Part shown: piece by piece, positions 12,757-25,523 of the stretch
Layout: every line of letters starts with the position of its first letter
How positions within the stretch are numbered: position 1 is the stretch's first letter
Source of the DNA: Chiloscyllium plagiosum
Lineage: Eukaryota
Direction: 5' to 3'
NCBI RefSeq assembly: GCF_004010195.1
Contig: NC_057716.1
Coordinates: 78,735,630 to 78,799,629, forward strand
Length of the DNA: 64,000 nt
Notes under the pieces: model-generated
Database searches by the model: none
The model's input: the letters and a program-made list of their open reading frames with translations, nothing else
What the model was told of the DNA's origin: nothing
Translations under genes and position numbers: made by a program

Positions 12757-15119
12757 ATAAGGGATAGCATTACAGCTGTGCTGAGGGAGAATATTCCTGG
12801 AAATATATCCAGGGAAATTATTTGGGTGGAATAAGAAAGGAATGATCACCTTATTGGAATTGTATTATCACCCCCTAATAGTCAGAGGGAAATTGAGAAA
12901 CAAACTTGTAAGGAGATCTCAGCGATCTGGTAGAATAATGAGATAGTTCTGGTAGGGGATTTTAACTTTCTAAACATAGACTGGGACTGCCATAGTGTTA
13001 AAGGTTTAAATGGAGAGGAATTTGTTAAGTGTGTACAAGACAATTTTCTGATTCAGTATGTGGATGTACCTCCCAGAGAAGGTGTAAAACTTGACCTACT
13101 CTTGGGAAATAAGGCAGGGCAGGTGACTGAGGTGTCAGTGGGGGGGCACTTTGGGGCCAGCGACCATTATTCTATTAGCTTTAAAATAGTGATAGAAAAG
13201 GATAGACCAGATTTAAAAGTTGAAGTTCTACATTGGAGAAAGGCCAATTGTGATGGTATCAGGCAAGAACTTTCGAAAGCTGATTGGGAGCAGGTGTTCA
13301 TAGGTAAAGGGACGGCTGGAAAATAGGAAGCCTTCAGAAATGAAATAATGAGAATCCAGAGACAGTATATTCCTGTCAGAGTGAAAGGAAAGGCTGGTAG
13401 ATATAGGGAATGCTGGATGACTAAAGAAATTGAGGGTTTGGTTAAGAAAAAGAAGGAAGCATATGTAAGGTACAGACAGGATAGATCGATGAATCCTTAA
13501 AAGTATATAAAGGCAATAGGAGTATACTTAAGAGGGAAATCAGGAGGGCAAAATGGGGACATGAGATAACTTTGGCAAATAGAATTTAGGAGAGTCCAAA
13601 GAGTTTTTACAAATACATTAAGGAGAAAAGGGCAACGAGGGAGAGAATAGGGTCCCTCAAAGATCAGCAAGGCGGCCTTTGTGTGGAGCCACAGAAAATG
13701 GGGGAGATACTAAATGAGTATTTTGCATCAGTATTTACTGTGGAAAAGGATATGGAAGATATAGACTGTAGGGAAATAGATGGTGACATCTTGCAAAATG
13801 TCCAGATTACAGAGGAGGAAGTGCTGGATGCTTTGAAATGGTTAAAGGTGCATAACTCCCCAGGACCTGATCAGGTGTACCCGAGAACTCTGTGGGAAGC
13901 TAGAGAAGTGATTGCTGGGCCTCTTGCTGAGATATTTGTATCATCGATAGTCACAGGTGAGGTGCCGAAAGACTGGAGGTTGGCAAACGTGGTGCCACTG
14001 CTTAAAAAGGGCGGTAAAGACAAGCCAGGGAAATATAGACCAGTGAGCTGACCTCAGTCGTGGGCAAGTTGTTGGAGGGAATCCTGAGGGACAAGATGNN
14101 NNNNNNNNNNNNNNNNNNNNNNNNNNNNNNNNNNNNNNNNNNNNNNNNNNNNNNNNNNNNNNNNNNNNNNNNNNNNNNNNNNNNNNNNNNNNNNNNNNNN
14201 NNNNNNNNNNNNNNNNNNNNNNNNNNNNNNNNNNNNNNNNNNNNNNNNNNNNNNNNNNNNNNNNNNNNNNNNNNNNNNNNNNNNNNNNNNNNNNNNNNNN
14301 NNNNNNNNNNNNNNNNNNNNNNNNNNNNNNNNNNNNNNNNNNNNNNNNNNNNNNNNNNNNNNNNNNNNNNNNNNNNNNNNNNNNNNNNNNNNNNNNNNNN
14401 NNNNNNNNNNNNNNNNNNNNNNNNNNNNNNNNNNNNNNNNNNNNNNNNNNNNNNNNNNNNNNNNNNNNNNNNNNNNNNNNNNNNNNNNNNNNNNNNNNNN
14501 NNNNNNNNNNNNNNNNNNNNNNNNNNNNNNNNNNNNNNNNNNNNNNNNNNNNNNNNNNNNNNNNNNNNNNNNNNNNNNNNNNNNNNNNNNNNNNNNNNNN
14601 NNNNNNNNNNNNNNNNNNNNNNNNNNNNNNNNNNNNNNNNNNNNNNNNNNNNNNNNNNNNNNNNNNNNNNNNNNNNNNNNNNNNNNNNNNNNNNNNNNNN
14701 NNNNNNNNNNNNNNNNNNNNNNNNNNNNNNNNNNNNNNNNNNNNNNNNNNNNNNNNNNNNNNNNNNNNNNNNNNNNNNNNNNNNNNNNNNNNNNNNNNNN
14801 NNNNNNNNNNNNNNNNNNNNNNNNNNNNNNNNNNNNNNNNNNNNNNNNNNNNNNNNNNNNNNNNNNNNNNNNNNNNNNNCTGTTTCACACAGAGGGTGGT
14901 ACGTGTATGGAATGAGCTGCCAGAGGACATGGTGGAGGCTGGTACAATTGTAACATTTAAGAGGCATTTGAATGGGTATATGAATAGGAAGGGTTTGGAG
15001 GGATATGGGCCGGGTGCTGGCAGGTGGGACTAGATTGGGTTGGGATATCTGGTCCACATGGACAGGTTGGACCAAAGGGTCTGTTTCCATGCTGTACATC
15101 TCTATGACTCTATGACTCT
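12757..15119 (+). mobile_element. HER1/CR1 LINE ORF2 pseudogene (endonuclease C-half, linker, RT, 3' tail), spanning a gap
   Basis: VLVGDFNF..IDW, LDLLLGN, SDH endonuclease motifs; EILNEYFASVFT, SPGPDQVYPRTL, DWRLANVVPL..YRPVS RT motifs; (ctatgact)n tail; in-frame stops. Confidence 0.95.
14099..14879. other. Assembly gap (781 N)
   Basis: Run of N. Confidence 1.
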
Positions 15120-15601
15120 GTTCAATATGTTAAGATCTGAATGAAGGAATAATGTGCTGCAAGACAAATGTTTTTTTATCAGTACGATAATTGCATTATT
15201 CAGAATTTTTACTGTTCATATTGTTTTTTGTCTGCAATTTCTTCCAGAAAACTAACTGGACAGGGCTCAGAGAGGAACTTAAAAATTAGGGTGGAAATCT
15301 TCATTTTTGCTCTCAGATAAATTTTTGAGTCCATTACAGTCCAATTTAGGCAACAAATTTGATATAATGGTCAAATTTATTATCAGTTAATTGTTTGCTC
15401 TGCACGTAAGTAGAGTGTATCTCTGATTTTAACTCCTTTCCTAGTGATCACTCTGCCATCAGCACCCCTACTCCTCAGTAATGGAATTCTCTTCTGAAGT
15501 CTCTCTCCCTCTCTATATTTCTTTTGATACTTTAAGGTGTGCCCCAAATCCATCCTTTGTGTCAAATATTAGTTTGCCTCCCCACATGCCCTTACATGAC
15601 T

Positions 15602-15960
15602 AAAGAACATAGGAACATAGGAATTAGGAATGGGAGTGGGCAATTCAGCCATTCAAGCCCAATCCACCATTTAATATGGTCATGACTAACATTATCATGG
15701 TCTCAACTCCATTTTCCTGCCTGTTCCCCTCAGCCCTTTATCTCACTTTTCATCAGAAATGTATCTATTTTTGTTTTGAATCCATGCATTGATTCTCCTC
15801 CACTGCACTCCTGGGCAGTGAGTTCCACAGATTCATAATCCTCTGAAAGAAATAGTTTCTCATCATTTCAGTTTTAAACCTGCTTCGTCTCACTCTATAT
15901 CTCTTGTTCAACACTGTCCCACAAATGTAAAAATCTGTTCAACGTGTTAAACTTTCTCTA
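15602..15960 (-). mobile_element. CR1 3' end
   Basis: Tail aagaacataggaacataggaatt; antisense gagttccacagattcataatcctctgaaagaaa. Confidence 0.75.
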
Positions 15961-16157
15961 ATGCTACTCCTGTACAATGAGTTGTTATGTGTGTCTTTTT
16001 GTGTTTAAGGTGCAATGCAGGTCTTGCCATCAAGTTTTACTTTCAAGGTATATTCGTTGTAATTAACAGGTCGATAATCTATTGGAAGCAGTTGCAACTT
16101 CAAAGCATCATTTTTAGAGGTAAAGTAATAACTGAGCCTTAAACGAAAGCATTCCAA

Positions 16158-16402
16158 ACTCTGTATCAGAAGATCGTGCATTCAAGACCGACTCCCGAGA
16201 TCTGAGCATAAAACATCAGGGATGAAATTCCATTACAGTGCAGGGGGAGTGCCTATAGTGTGAGGGATGCAGTCTTCTAGAGGAAACATTAATATGAGTC
16301 CCTATCTGCAATCTCACATAGCAACTAAAGATCCCATGAGACTATTCCAAAGGATGAGGAAGGTGGAATTCTCTCTGGTGTCTTGACCAATATCTATCTC
16401 AT
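16158..16402 (+). mobile_element. DeuSINE-like (SacSINE1/AmnSINE1-related) copy
   Basis: Deu-domain-like gggatgcagtcttctagaggaaacattaa..aaagatcccatgagactatt..ctctctggtgtcttgaccaatatctatc. Confidence 0.65.
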
Positions 16403-16699
16403 AATAGAATTAAAAATTACATTTATCTTTATATTATAATTAGAAAATGCATCCTAAACAATCAACCACACTTCTGTGATCATTGTTGTTTGAACTTGAT
16501 TACTTTTTGGTGCTCATTGTGCTAGAATTATGATTTATTGATTGAATTAAAGATAATATTTTGATTTGAAAATTATATGGATATGAAAATGCACCCATCT
16601 TGTCCTGGCTGGAATGATCTCAAAGGATTGTGCAAATTCTTTGAACAAAAGTGGGCAAGAAACACATTTTCATCATAAAGTTGTATGGCATGAAGGAGG

Positions 16700-17200
16700 C
16701 TTTTTGGTATACCAAGTCTATGATGACCTATCTAATTCCCCTTTCCAGCACTTGGCCCATAACCTTGAATGCTTCCTGTATAATTATTCTCCAGGCACTG
16801 CATTCCAGATTCCTACCATCCTGTAGATGAAAACAGTTTTCCTCAATTCCCAATTAAAGCTCCTGCCTTTCAGGTTAGAATTATGTCCCTATCTTTGCCT
16901 CTTCAATGAAAGAGAATAGCTCCTTCCTGTTCACTTCTCCTCACCCTTCATAATCTTCTACACTATAATCAGGTCCTGCCTCAGCCATTGCTGTTCTAAA
17001 GAATACAGGTTGAGCCTATTCAGGATCTTTCCATAAGTAAAATGCTCCAACCTGGGCATCATTTACATTCCCTCCAGTGCAATTGCACTCTTTCCAGAAT
17101 GAGATGACAAAAGCTGTACAGAATATTCCAGCTGTGGATGAACCAAAGACTTGGAATGCTCCAACATAACCTCCCTGCTCTTATAATCTACATTATGTTC
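16700..17200 (-). mobile_element. Decayed CR1 3' region
   Basis: ttccagcacttggcccataacc, gcattccagattcctaccatcc, ctgtacagaatattccagctgtgg (antisense PQLEYCVQ-like). Confidence 0.7.
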
Positions 17201-17325
17201 ATCTGTCTTGGACCAACATTATATGTCCATTATAGTTCATCGATAACCACTCTGTGACATATGTCATTCAACTAACGCTCGATCAACCTACCTTTCTGCT
17301 GCCCTCCACTTTCCCCTCTAGAAAA

Positions 17326-17491
17326 CGTGGAGGAGCTGATGTTGGACCTGGGTGGACAAAGTTAAAAATCACACAACAGCATGTTATAGACCAGCGTTCG
17401 GAGATACCCGATGAAGGAGCAGTGGTCTGAAAGCTATTGCTTCCAAGTAAACCTGCTGGTCTATAACATGCTGTTGTGTAATTTTTAACTT
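17326..17491. mobile_element. Short PLE-type fold-back element (distinct family) with hammerhead remnant
   Basis: 37-bp inverted arms 17359-17395 / 17455-17491 (1 mismatch); loop has ccgatgaaggagcagtggtctgaaagcta; imperfect TSD ccctctagaaaa / ccctccagaaaa. Confidence 0.72.
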
Positions 17492-17644
17492 CGCCCTCCA
17501 GAAAAGATCTCTGCAGCTTTACAGTTCAAATGAAATAGCCAAATTGGCTAACATTTTCTTTTCATTATGTCACTTTTTGAGTTATTTTTGCTGTTGCAAT
17601 TTCAATCATTATAGGAAAGGGAGAGAGATGGTCAAAAGCAGTTC

Positions 17645-17915
17645 ATGAAATCTCTACAGTGTGGATGTAGGCAGTTTGGCCTATCAAGTCTGTGACCACC
17701 CTTCGAAGAGCATTCTACCCAGACCCAGCCCCCTACTCTATCCCCATAACCCTGCATTTCCCACAGCTAATCCACCCAGCCTGCACATCCCCTGACACTC
17801 TTGGTAATGCAGACACAGGGAGACAATGCAAATTCCTCACAGACAGTCACCTAAGACTGGAATCAAATCCTGGTGCTTGGTGCTGTGAGGCAGCAGTGCT
17901 AATCACTGAACCACA
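17645..17915 (-). mobile_element. HE1-related V-SINE, diverged with internal deletion
   Basis: tgctgtgaggcagcagtgctaatcactgaaccac head; accctgcatttccc body. Confidence 0.8.
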
Positions 17916-19519
17916 GTCTTATATGTCTTATGGTCAGCCTATGGAATTTCAAGCAGACGTATTAACATCCATATTTAATTTAAATATTTTCTTCCATTGA
18001 TTTTTTTGTTGTGACTTACATGCCATCAAGAAAAGAAAGATTCTCCTATACCCACTTAAAGAGATAATTTAGGTCAATTATTTGTATTATTGACTGATGA
18101 TTTTCTTACAGTGATAGCAACAAGCTTTTATGTGCTACTCCTTGTGAGAACATCTGAGTACTTTGCAAAGCACAAGAAAATGATGAACATCAAGGAGAAA
18201 GAAAAGGTATAAAAATAAGGGAGTGAAAGCACAGTTAAGCAGAAAGTTTTATAGGAGGTATTTTAAAAGAAACAGATGTATGATGAGAAATGTGATTAGG
18301 AAGGAAAAATTTAATGGACAGAGACATTGTAGCTGACATCACTTTGTCCAGCTCTGAAAAATGCTCAGACACTTTTTTTTAAACAAAGAGTATTTAATAA
18401 AAGCATGTTGCAGATAACGCTGTAATAATAATTGAAAAGCAGAGAACAAAAATATTAATTTGGAGTTGGGGAGTAGCAACAGTATAGGATGCATGGTTTG
18501 AAACGACAGAATTCTGTTGGGATGGGAGCGTGAAATAGTTCCTAAATTGAGGATAAATTAATTTGCTGGGATTGAGCCTGTGGGATTTTAAGTGGTACAA
18601 GATACCGACACAGATTTTTAAACAGGATGGAATTGAAGTGATTAATGAGGACAGATCTATAACTTAGAGAGTTATAGTCATTCCTTGAGGAAATGAAAGT
18701 ATGGATTTTAAGTCTACGGAGGGCTAGAATGTGGGGTTGAGGCCACAATCAGATCAGCCATGATGTTTCTGAGTGGCAGATTAGGGATTCAAATGAACTA
18801 CTCCAGCTCCTAATTCAGACAGCTGTTTGTTTGTATTGTCTAACTGGATTTTTAATCTGTTTCAGAATCAGACAAGTCCAAAAATTGGCTGGCACACCAG
18901 CTTTCTGCCGCTGGCCATTTTTATGTAATGTCTCCCTGTCAATAGTGCAGAAAAAGATGTTAGGCAAACATCATTATACTCCCTTGCCCTCCAGAGCAAT
19001 TCCAAGGCCAATAACAGAAGTTAAATATTCTAATCATCGTTATTTATGTGATGGTGGTGATAATCATTTCCACAGTTGTACTGAATCAGCAAGTGAATCA
19101 CAAATTCCTCTTAAGTTGCCTTATTTCAGTTTCACACCATGTTTGCTTAATTAAGATAAGACTTCTTTAAAGTTATACCCCAGAAAAATAACATTAATGA
19201 TGAAGTTACAGTTATTTGTTTGTAACTTTGAAATTTTTGGAGCTTATTTTGGTCACTAGCCTAGGGTTATGAAGTATTTGTACTGTTGCCCATCACTCAC
19301 CATTACTGTCCAGTCTGCTGTAATTTTGGAAAGGGGGTAGGGAGAGAGCAGTGTTTCAGCTCCAACAGAAAATGACTTCCTTCATTTATAAAAATTGGGA
19401 CATGTCATCCCAAACTGCAGTACAATTTTTCATGCTTAACGCCAGTGATGCACAAACCTCACAGAGGGGTCTCGATGTAAAATAACTAAAGTAATGTTTC
19501 TTAAAAGGTCTGTGGGAGG

Positions 19520-19815
19520 TTTCTGCATGTCTAAGAGTAAGGAATAAGCCATTCAGGATTCAGATGAGGAAGAATTTCTACACTGAGAGTGTTGTGAACC
19601 TGTAGAATTCTCTCCCACAGGAAGACAGTTCATTAGATATCTTCAAGAGGGAGGTTTTGTTTTTGCCCTTGTGACTAAAGAGATCTAGGGTATGGAGAGA
19701 TGGTAAGAATAGGATACTGAGATTGCATGAACAGCAATGATCATATTAAAAAGTGGTGCAGGCTTGAAGGGTTGAATGGCCTCTTCCTGCACCTGTTTTC
19801 TATGATTCTATGCTT
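19520..19815 (+). mobile_element. CR1 3' end
   Basis: gatgaggaagaatttc..gtgaacctgtagaattctctcccacag; tail ggcttgaagggttgaatggcct..(tctatga)n. Confidence 0.75.
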
Positions 19816-20082
19816 CTGCACCGACCTGTCACCTGTTCTACTCTTTTCCTGTAACCTAATGGTTTTGCTAGCATAAAAGCGTCTGTTATCCTCCTGTCAC
19901 TCTTTTCGTCATATTTTGTATCTGACTAAGAGTTTGGGTTCAAGGCAGGCTCCTCAAGAAGGAGGCAAGGGCAAGAAATGACTTGAGGCATGGGCTTCTT
20001 TTGAACACATCTTTTTAAAAATGAATTTTAAGTACTCCTGTACCTGGGTAATCTGTGATATACAAAAAAAAGATTTTTTAGT

Positions 20083-20581
20083 TTGTCCACAGGTCGTTGT
20101 TTCTCATTTTAAGAAAATTGCTGCAGTGCAGTATTGACCAGTATTCAAGGCTCTGCTCCAAGACATGAACATACATGTCAGATGTGAAATTATTTTATTT
20201 AGTGCCTGGTATAATCTTTAGACTGTAGCACATCTTTGAGAAATGACCTTCTTACTACAAATAATACATAGTCCATGAAAGATTGGGTGGTTTTGTTTTT
20301 GCTGATGTAGAATTTTGGAACCATACTTATGACAAGATACTGTAGCATTACATTGCTTAGCATTTTGCATTGAAGTTGTCACTTAAGGGTATATTTGTTT
20401 TTAGATGACAGATCTGTCTCCTCTAGTTGAATGTTAGCATGGAATCATAGAAGCTCTACAGTGCGGAAGTAGGACATTCAGCCCATCAAGTCCACACTGA
20501 GAACATCCACCTAGACTCACCACCCTATACTTTCCCTGTAACCCTGCATTTTCCATCGTTAAGCCACCTAGCCTGCACATC
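20083..20581 (+). repeat. Direct duplication copy A (~500 bp; partner 22610-23118)
   Basis: tttgtcca..gttgtttctcattttaagaaa..cctagcctgcacatc is present twice with high identity. Confidence 0.93.
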
Positions 20582-20782
20582 CCTGGACACTACGGGTAAT
20601 TTAGCATTTCCAATCCACCTAATCTGCACATCTTTGGATGTGGGAGCAAACCACAGCATCTGGAGGAAACCCACGCAGACACTAGAAGAATATGTAAACT
20701 CCACACAGACAGTGTTCCAAGGCTGAAATCAAACCCGGGTCTCTGGTGCTGTGAGGCAGTAATGCCAACCACCGTGCTGCCC
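20442..20782 (-). mobile_element. HE1-related V-SINE
   Basis: Tail gaatcatagaa, body, and head gtgaggcagtaatgccaaccaccgtgctgccc. Confidence 0.88.
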
Positions 20783-21061
20783 CAATGTTCTATCTTGTTT
20801 TTCATAGTCAACACTCAGTAGAATACTTTGCACCAAATGGAACGTCTGCTCTATAATTCTTTTTGACTAATTTTCTAAGATTTGTATCCACTGATAGTTG
20901 GACTGCTCACTCAAGAGTCAGTTTCTCTTTTGATTGAAGAAGTTTGAGTTCATGAAGTAAAATCATAGAGAAGAAGCCCTACTGGGCTCTTTGCAATGAT
21001 ACCATTCCTGCTCTGTCCCCCTTGACTCCACCTTTAGCCTTGTTGTCGTTAGCTTACTGGC

Positions 21062-21911
21062 TAAGAGTGGTGCTGGAAAAGCACAGCATTTCAGGCTGCA
21101 TCCGAGGAGCAGGAAAATCGACGTTTCGGGCAAAAGCTCTTCATCAGGAATAGAGGCAGAGTGCCTGCAGGGTGGAGAGATAAATTAGAGGAGGGTGGGG
21201 GTGAGGATAAAGTAGCATAGAGTACAATAGGTGAATGGGGGTGGGGATGGAGGTGATAGGTCAGAGTGGAGGGTGGAGTGGATAGGTGGAAAGGAAGATA
21301 GGCAGGTAGGACAAGTCATGTCTGCTAGGAGGCGTCTAGTCTCCCCAATGTAGAGGAGACCGCATCGGGAGCAACGGATACAATTAATGATATTGGTGGA
21401 CGTGCAGGTAAAACTTTGATGGATGTGGAAGGCTCCTTCAGGGCCTTGGATGGAGGTGAGCGAGGAGGTGTGGGCGCAGGTTTTGCAGTTCCTACTGTGG
21501 CAGGGGAAGGTGCCAGGACAGGAGGGTGGGTAGTTGGGGAGCATCAACCTAACCAGGTAGTCACGGAGAGAACGGTCTTTGCGGAAGGCGGAAAGGGGTG
21601 GGAACAGAATTGTATCCCTGGTGGTTGGGTCCGTTTGGAGGTGGCGGAAATGTCGTTGGATGATTTGGTTTATGCGAAGGTTGGTAGGGTGGAAGGTGAG
21701 CACCAGAGGGGTTCTGTCCTTGTTACGGTTGAAGGGATGTGGTCTGAGGGCGGAGGTGCGGGATGTGGACGAGATGCGTTGGAGGCATCTTCAACCACGT
21801 GGGAAGGGAAATTGCAGTCTCTAAAGGAGGAGGCCATCTGGTGTGTTCTGTGGTGGAACTGGCCCTCCTAGGAGCAGATACGGCGGAGGTGTCTACAGTC
21901 ATTGTTTTTAC
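21062..21911 (-). mobile_element. Neptune-type Penelope-like element fragment (thumb, Cys-rich linker, GIY-YIG, pLTR with HHR), 13-bp TSD
   Basis: Minus strand LRRICS..FHHRTHQM, CHSRNCKTCAH, CTSTNIINCIRCSRCGLLYIGETRR; HHR ctgatgaagagcttttgcccgaaacgtc; TSD ttagcttactggc at 21049-21061 and 21912-21924. Confidence 0.9.
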
Positions 21912-22609
21912 TTAGCTTACTGGCCAGACTACTGAATCCATGCTGAAAATGGTGCAGCCTGACACTGAACTATTGCAGCCAACAGCCTAACACAAGGATC
22001 ACAGCAAAGTATCTGAACTGTCCTTTACAGTTTCCTAACAGGATGAGTAACCATAATCTTTTTGAATTGTGGAGTAGGCTGGATGGGCTCAATTGCGTGT
22101 TTCTGCTTCTATTCATACATTAATGTGTTTTCATTATGTCACCACTCAACATGCTTTTCATAAAGGCTTCAGTCTGGGCAAGGGTACTTACAGAATAGCC
22201 AATTAAGGTAAACATCAGGGTGAATAGTTTAAAATTTGTATGTTCTGTTGTTCATGTCATGTTTTTAATGTTTGTTTTGTTTTAGGAAACAGCAAGTGAT
22301 TGTGTTAATCAGGGAGTGACAAAATTGGTGTTCAGTCTCATATTTCATTTATAAGAAAGGGGCTGAAAGAATTGAATGTTGATGGTAGACTTCTTAAATG
22401 ATCGTCGTGGAATTTTAATATTTGTCATTTTAGCCTGCAAATTGACATACACCTTTTCAGATAAATATTATGATTAACTTAATCATCAGCGACTTCACTA
22501 TCCCTCAGCTTCCCAGTGAACACTTAAACTCCTTAATCATTTTGTTTTTTCTCTGCTAAGGATGAGCTGAGAGCTAGTGTATATCAAAAACATATTGTAG
22601 CCATCTTGT

Positions 22610-23118
22610 TTGTCCATGGGTAGTTGTTTCTCATTTTAAGAAATTTGTTGCAGTGCAGTATTGACCAGTATTCAAGGCTCTGCTCCAGGACATGAACATA
22701 CATGTCAGATTTGAAACAATTTTATTTAGTGCTTGATCTAATCTTTAGGTTGCAGCACATCTTTTGAGAAGTGACCTCTTTTACTACAAATAATGCATAG
22801 CCAATGAAAGATTGGATGGTTTTGTTTTTGCTGATGTAGGATTTTGGAACCACACTTGTGACAAGATATTGTAGCATTACATTGCTTAGCATTTTGCATT
22901 GAAGTTGTCACTTAAGGGTTTATTAGTTTTCAGATGACAGATCTGTCTCCTCTAGTTGAATGTTAGCACGGAATCATAGGAACTCTATAGTGCGGAAGTA
23001 GGACATTCAGCCCATCAAGTCCACATTGATCCTCCAAAGAGCATCCAACCAGACCCACCTCCCATCCTACCCCTGTAACCCTGCATTTCCCATGATTAAT
23101 CCACCTAGCCTGCACATC
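22610..23118 (+). repeat. Direct duplication copy B, ending in a 5'-truncated V-SINE (22971-23118, minus strand)
   Basis: Matches 20083-20581; the SINE portion stops at cctgcacatc. Confidence 0.93.
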
Positions 23119-24909
23119 GCTGGGCAAACTGTTTTCTCTCAAAATTATCTGAGCCATGATGGCGGCGAAGAGCCCTTTGGATTTCTAATAATCTTCTCTT
23201 AATTGCATACCAATACTTGGCCAAAACTTGCATCATGTCATTTTTGGATTAAGATTAACAATCTAACTGATCACCTCATTATATTGAAATCTGTCATCGG
23301 GTAAACTTTTTAAGTCATTGCATTTTTCATGAATTTAAATAAAGAAAATAAGCAAGTCTTCCTCTCATTCCCTTGTCTGAAGCATCTTTTTTTTTTACCT
23401 GAAACATTAACCTCATTTTTCTTTTTGCAGATATGTGCATTTCTAGCATTTTCAGTTTTTATTTTAGGCTTCCAGTACATGTGATTTGTTCACTTTGATT
23501 TATTCTGTCTCTCCTATTTATTCGATTTTATGATGAAAATGATTTAAGCTCACAAAGTTTTTAGGTTCTGCTGGTCAAAAGCAATGAATATAAAATAGCT
23601 CTGTACACAGGTGGGTGTCTTCTGTTCTTCCAAGGGTTTTCTTTATTTTTTGATCTCTTTAAGTGGGCTGAGATGGAGTTGCTTATATAGATTCAATATA
23701 ACAGTGAGCACACTACTCCACATTAATATGAATAAAATGTTATTCAGTATTAAAATAAGTCTTAGTAGTTTATCTTATTTCAGCATCTTTCTTAAAGTAT
23801 GAACAGCACCATGAGTCCTTATGTGTTATCACAGTTAAATAATGCACAAAGTTCACTGCGCAGCACAAGTGATAAACCACAATGTATTAAATCCAATTGT
23901 GGGACATGAGTTATGATAAATGCGGCATCACTCTAGGATACACATCATGTTCTAATTACACAAGAGATATGCAATTTGAATAACTTTTGTTTCAAAGTTT
24001 TCTTACAAATGAGAAATAGCGATTCTCGCTTGTAAGCTGATGTGCTTAATTGACACCAAATACAACTGTTTGGATTTATGATCGGGTGGCTTAGTATAAT
24101 TTTTAATTCTTGGAATGCCGAGTTGTGGAGTCGATTAAAGCTTACAAGAAATTGCTTTTGATTTTTTTTTTATTTTGAAGAGGTCTTGATCACATATTTA
24201 AACTTATTTTCTTTCCTCTGAAAATTTGACAAAGAACCATCCACTAACAGATCAGACAGAATGCATGATCAAAATAGTTCAGGAAAAATTTAACATTATT
24301 TTCCAGGGGCTACAGCTATTATAAAAATAATTATCCAAAAATAAGTTACTTTGCCAGAATAGTCATCCTGATTATCCCTGATAGCTGTGGGAAAAGATAA
24401 ATCAAGTTAAGACAGAGTTGAATTGAGCTGAAGAATCTTGCCTATAGTCATATGTTAGATACTTTGGATTTGTTAGTACTTCACCAGTGTAACTTATATA
24501 TGACAGATAAGTCCTCCTGTAATTTAGGAAAAACCCTATTCAGCTGACAGTTAATGAAAAATGAGGTGGCTTTGAAAGTCTCTTTGGACAGTTCAATGTT
24601 AATGGAATCATCCTGTGATGTCTACATGACAAGGAAGATAAATAAGGTGTTGAATTATAGACAAATCCTTTTTCTCTCTATTGATAAAGTCAGGCTCAAT
24701 TTATATAGAATTGCATGAAATTGAACCCAAAACATCAGTGTTGGTGTTTATTCTTCATATATATAATAAAATGCCACTTTTCCATGTCCTGAGATTCTGA
24801 TATAACATGCTGCAATACTTTTTCTCCTGCCATCTGCCTAAAACTCATTAATTTAATCTCATATACACATCCTCTTGTTCTGGACCTCAGTTGCTAAGAT
24901 ACGTTTATA

Positions 24910-25120
24910 GTGTCAACAGTGACTCAATTAGTAGCATATGTAGAGTCACACAGTTTTGTGTCCATGCCTACTTTCGGGCTTCAATATGAAAATCAAAATT
25001 GACACTAAGTACAGTACTAAGTATTACACTGTCAGAGGTGTTTTCTCTCAGATCAGATATTAACCCAAGGCCCCCCCTCCCTACTTGGATGGATATAAAA
25101 TATTAAATGGCATTATTTCT
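24910..25120 (+). mobile_element. DeuSINE-like copy
   Basis: tRNA-like head gtgactcaattagtagca; Deu-like cactgtcagaggtgttttctctcagatcagatattaacccaaggcccc..ggatataaaa..atggcattattt. Confidence 0.65.
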
Positions 25121-25225
25121 AACACAAATATTATCATCGTATTGACATTGTCACCTGTAAACAGAACAGATTAATATAATTTAATAAAGAGCTCTTTCCT
25201 GCCACAAGAGGTACTGAAAATGGTA

Positions 25226-25413
25226 AATGGTAATGATGCAGTGGTAATGTCACTGGACTAGGAACACTGTGGTCCAGGCTAATTCTTTGGGGATAACATT
25301 TCAAATCCCATGGCAGCTGATGAAATTTAAATACAATCGACAAAATGTGGATCGACATTTTAATGGTGATCATGAAAATATCATTGACTGCCGTAAAAGC
25401 TTATCTGGTTCAC
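25226..25413 (+). mobile_element. tRNA-derived SINE family B, 5' half
   Basis: gcagtggtaatgtcactggacta..ttcaaatccca..gatcatgaaa..atctggttcac, similar to 45233, 58965 and 62118. Confidence 0.65.
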
Positions 25414-25523
25414 AAATATTCTTGTAAAATATTGCTTTCAATGTCAATTAGAATTGTTAACAAATATTGGCTATGTCTACATCTCATTAAAGAAAATTAT
25501 ATCCTAAGAATACTTATCTTTGT

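Noticed and set aside
13941-15099. Long ORFs of 297-365 aa
   Set aside because: They span the 781-N gap within a LINE.
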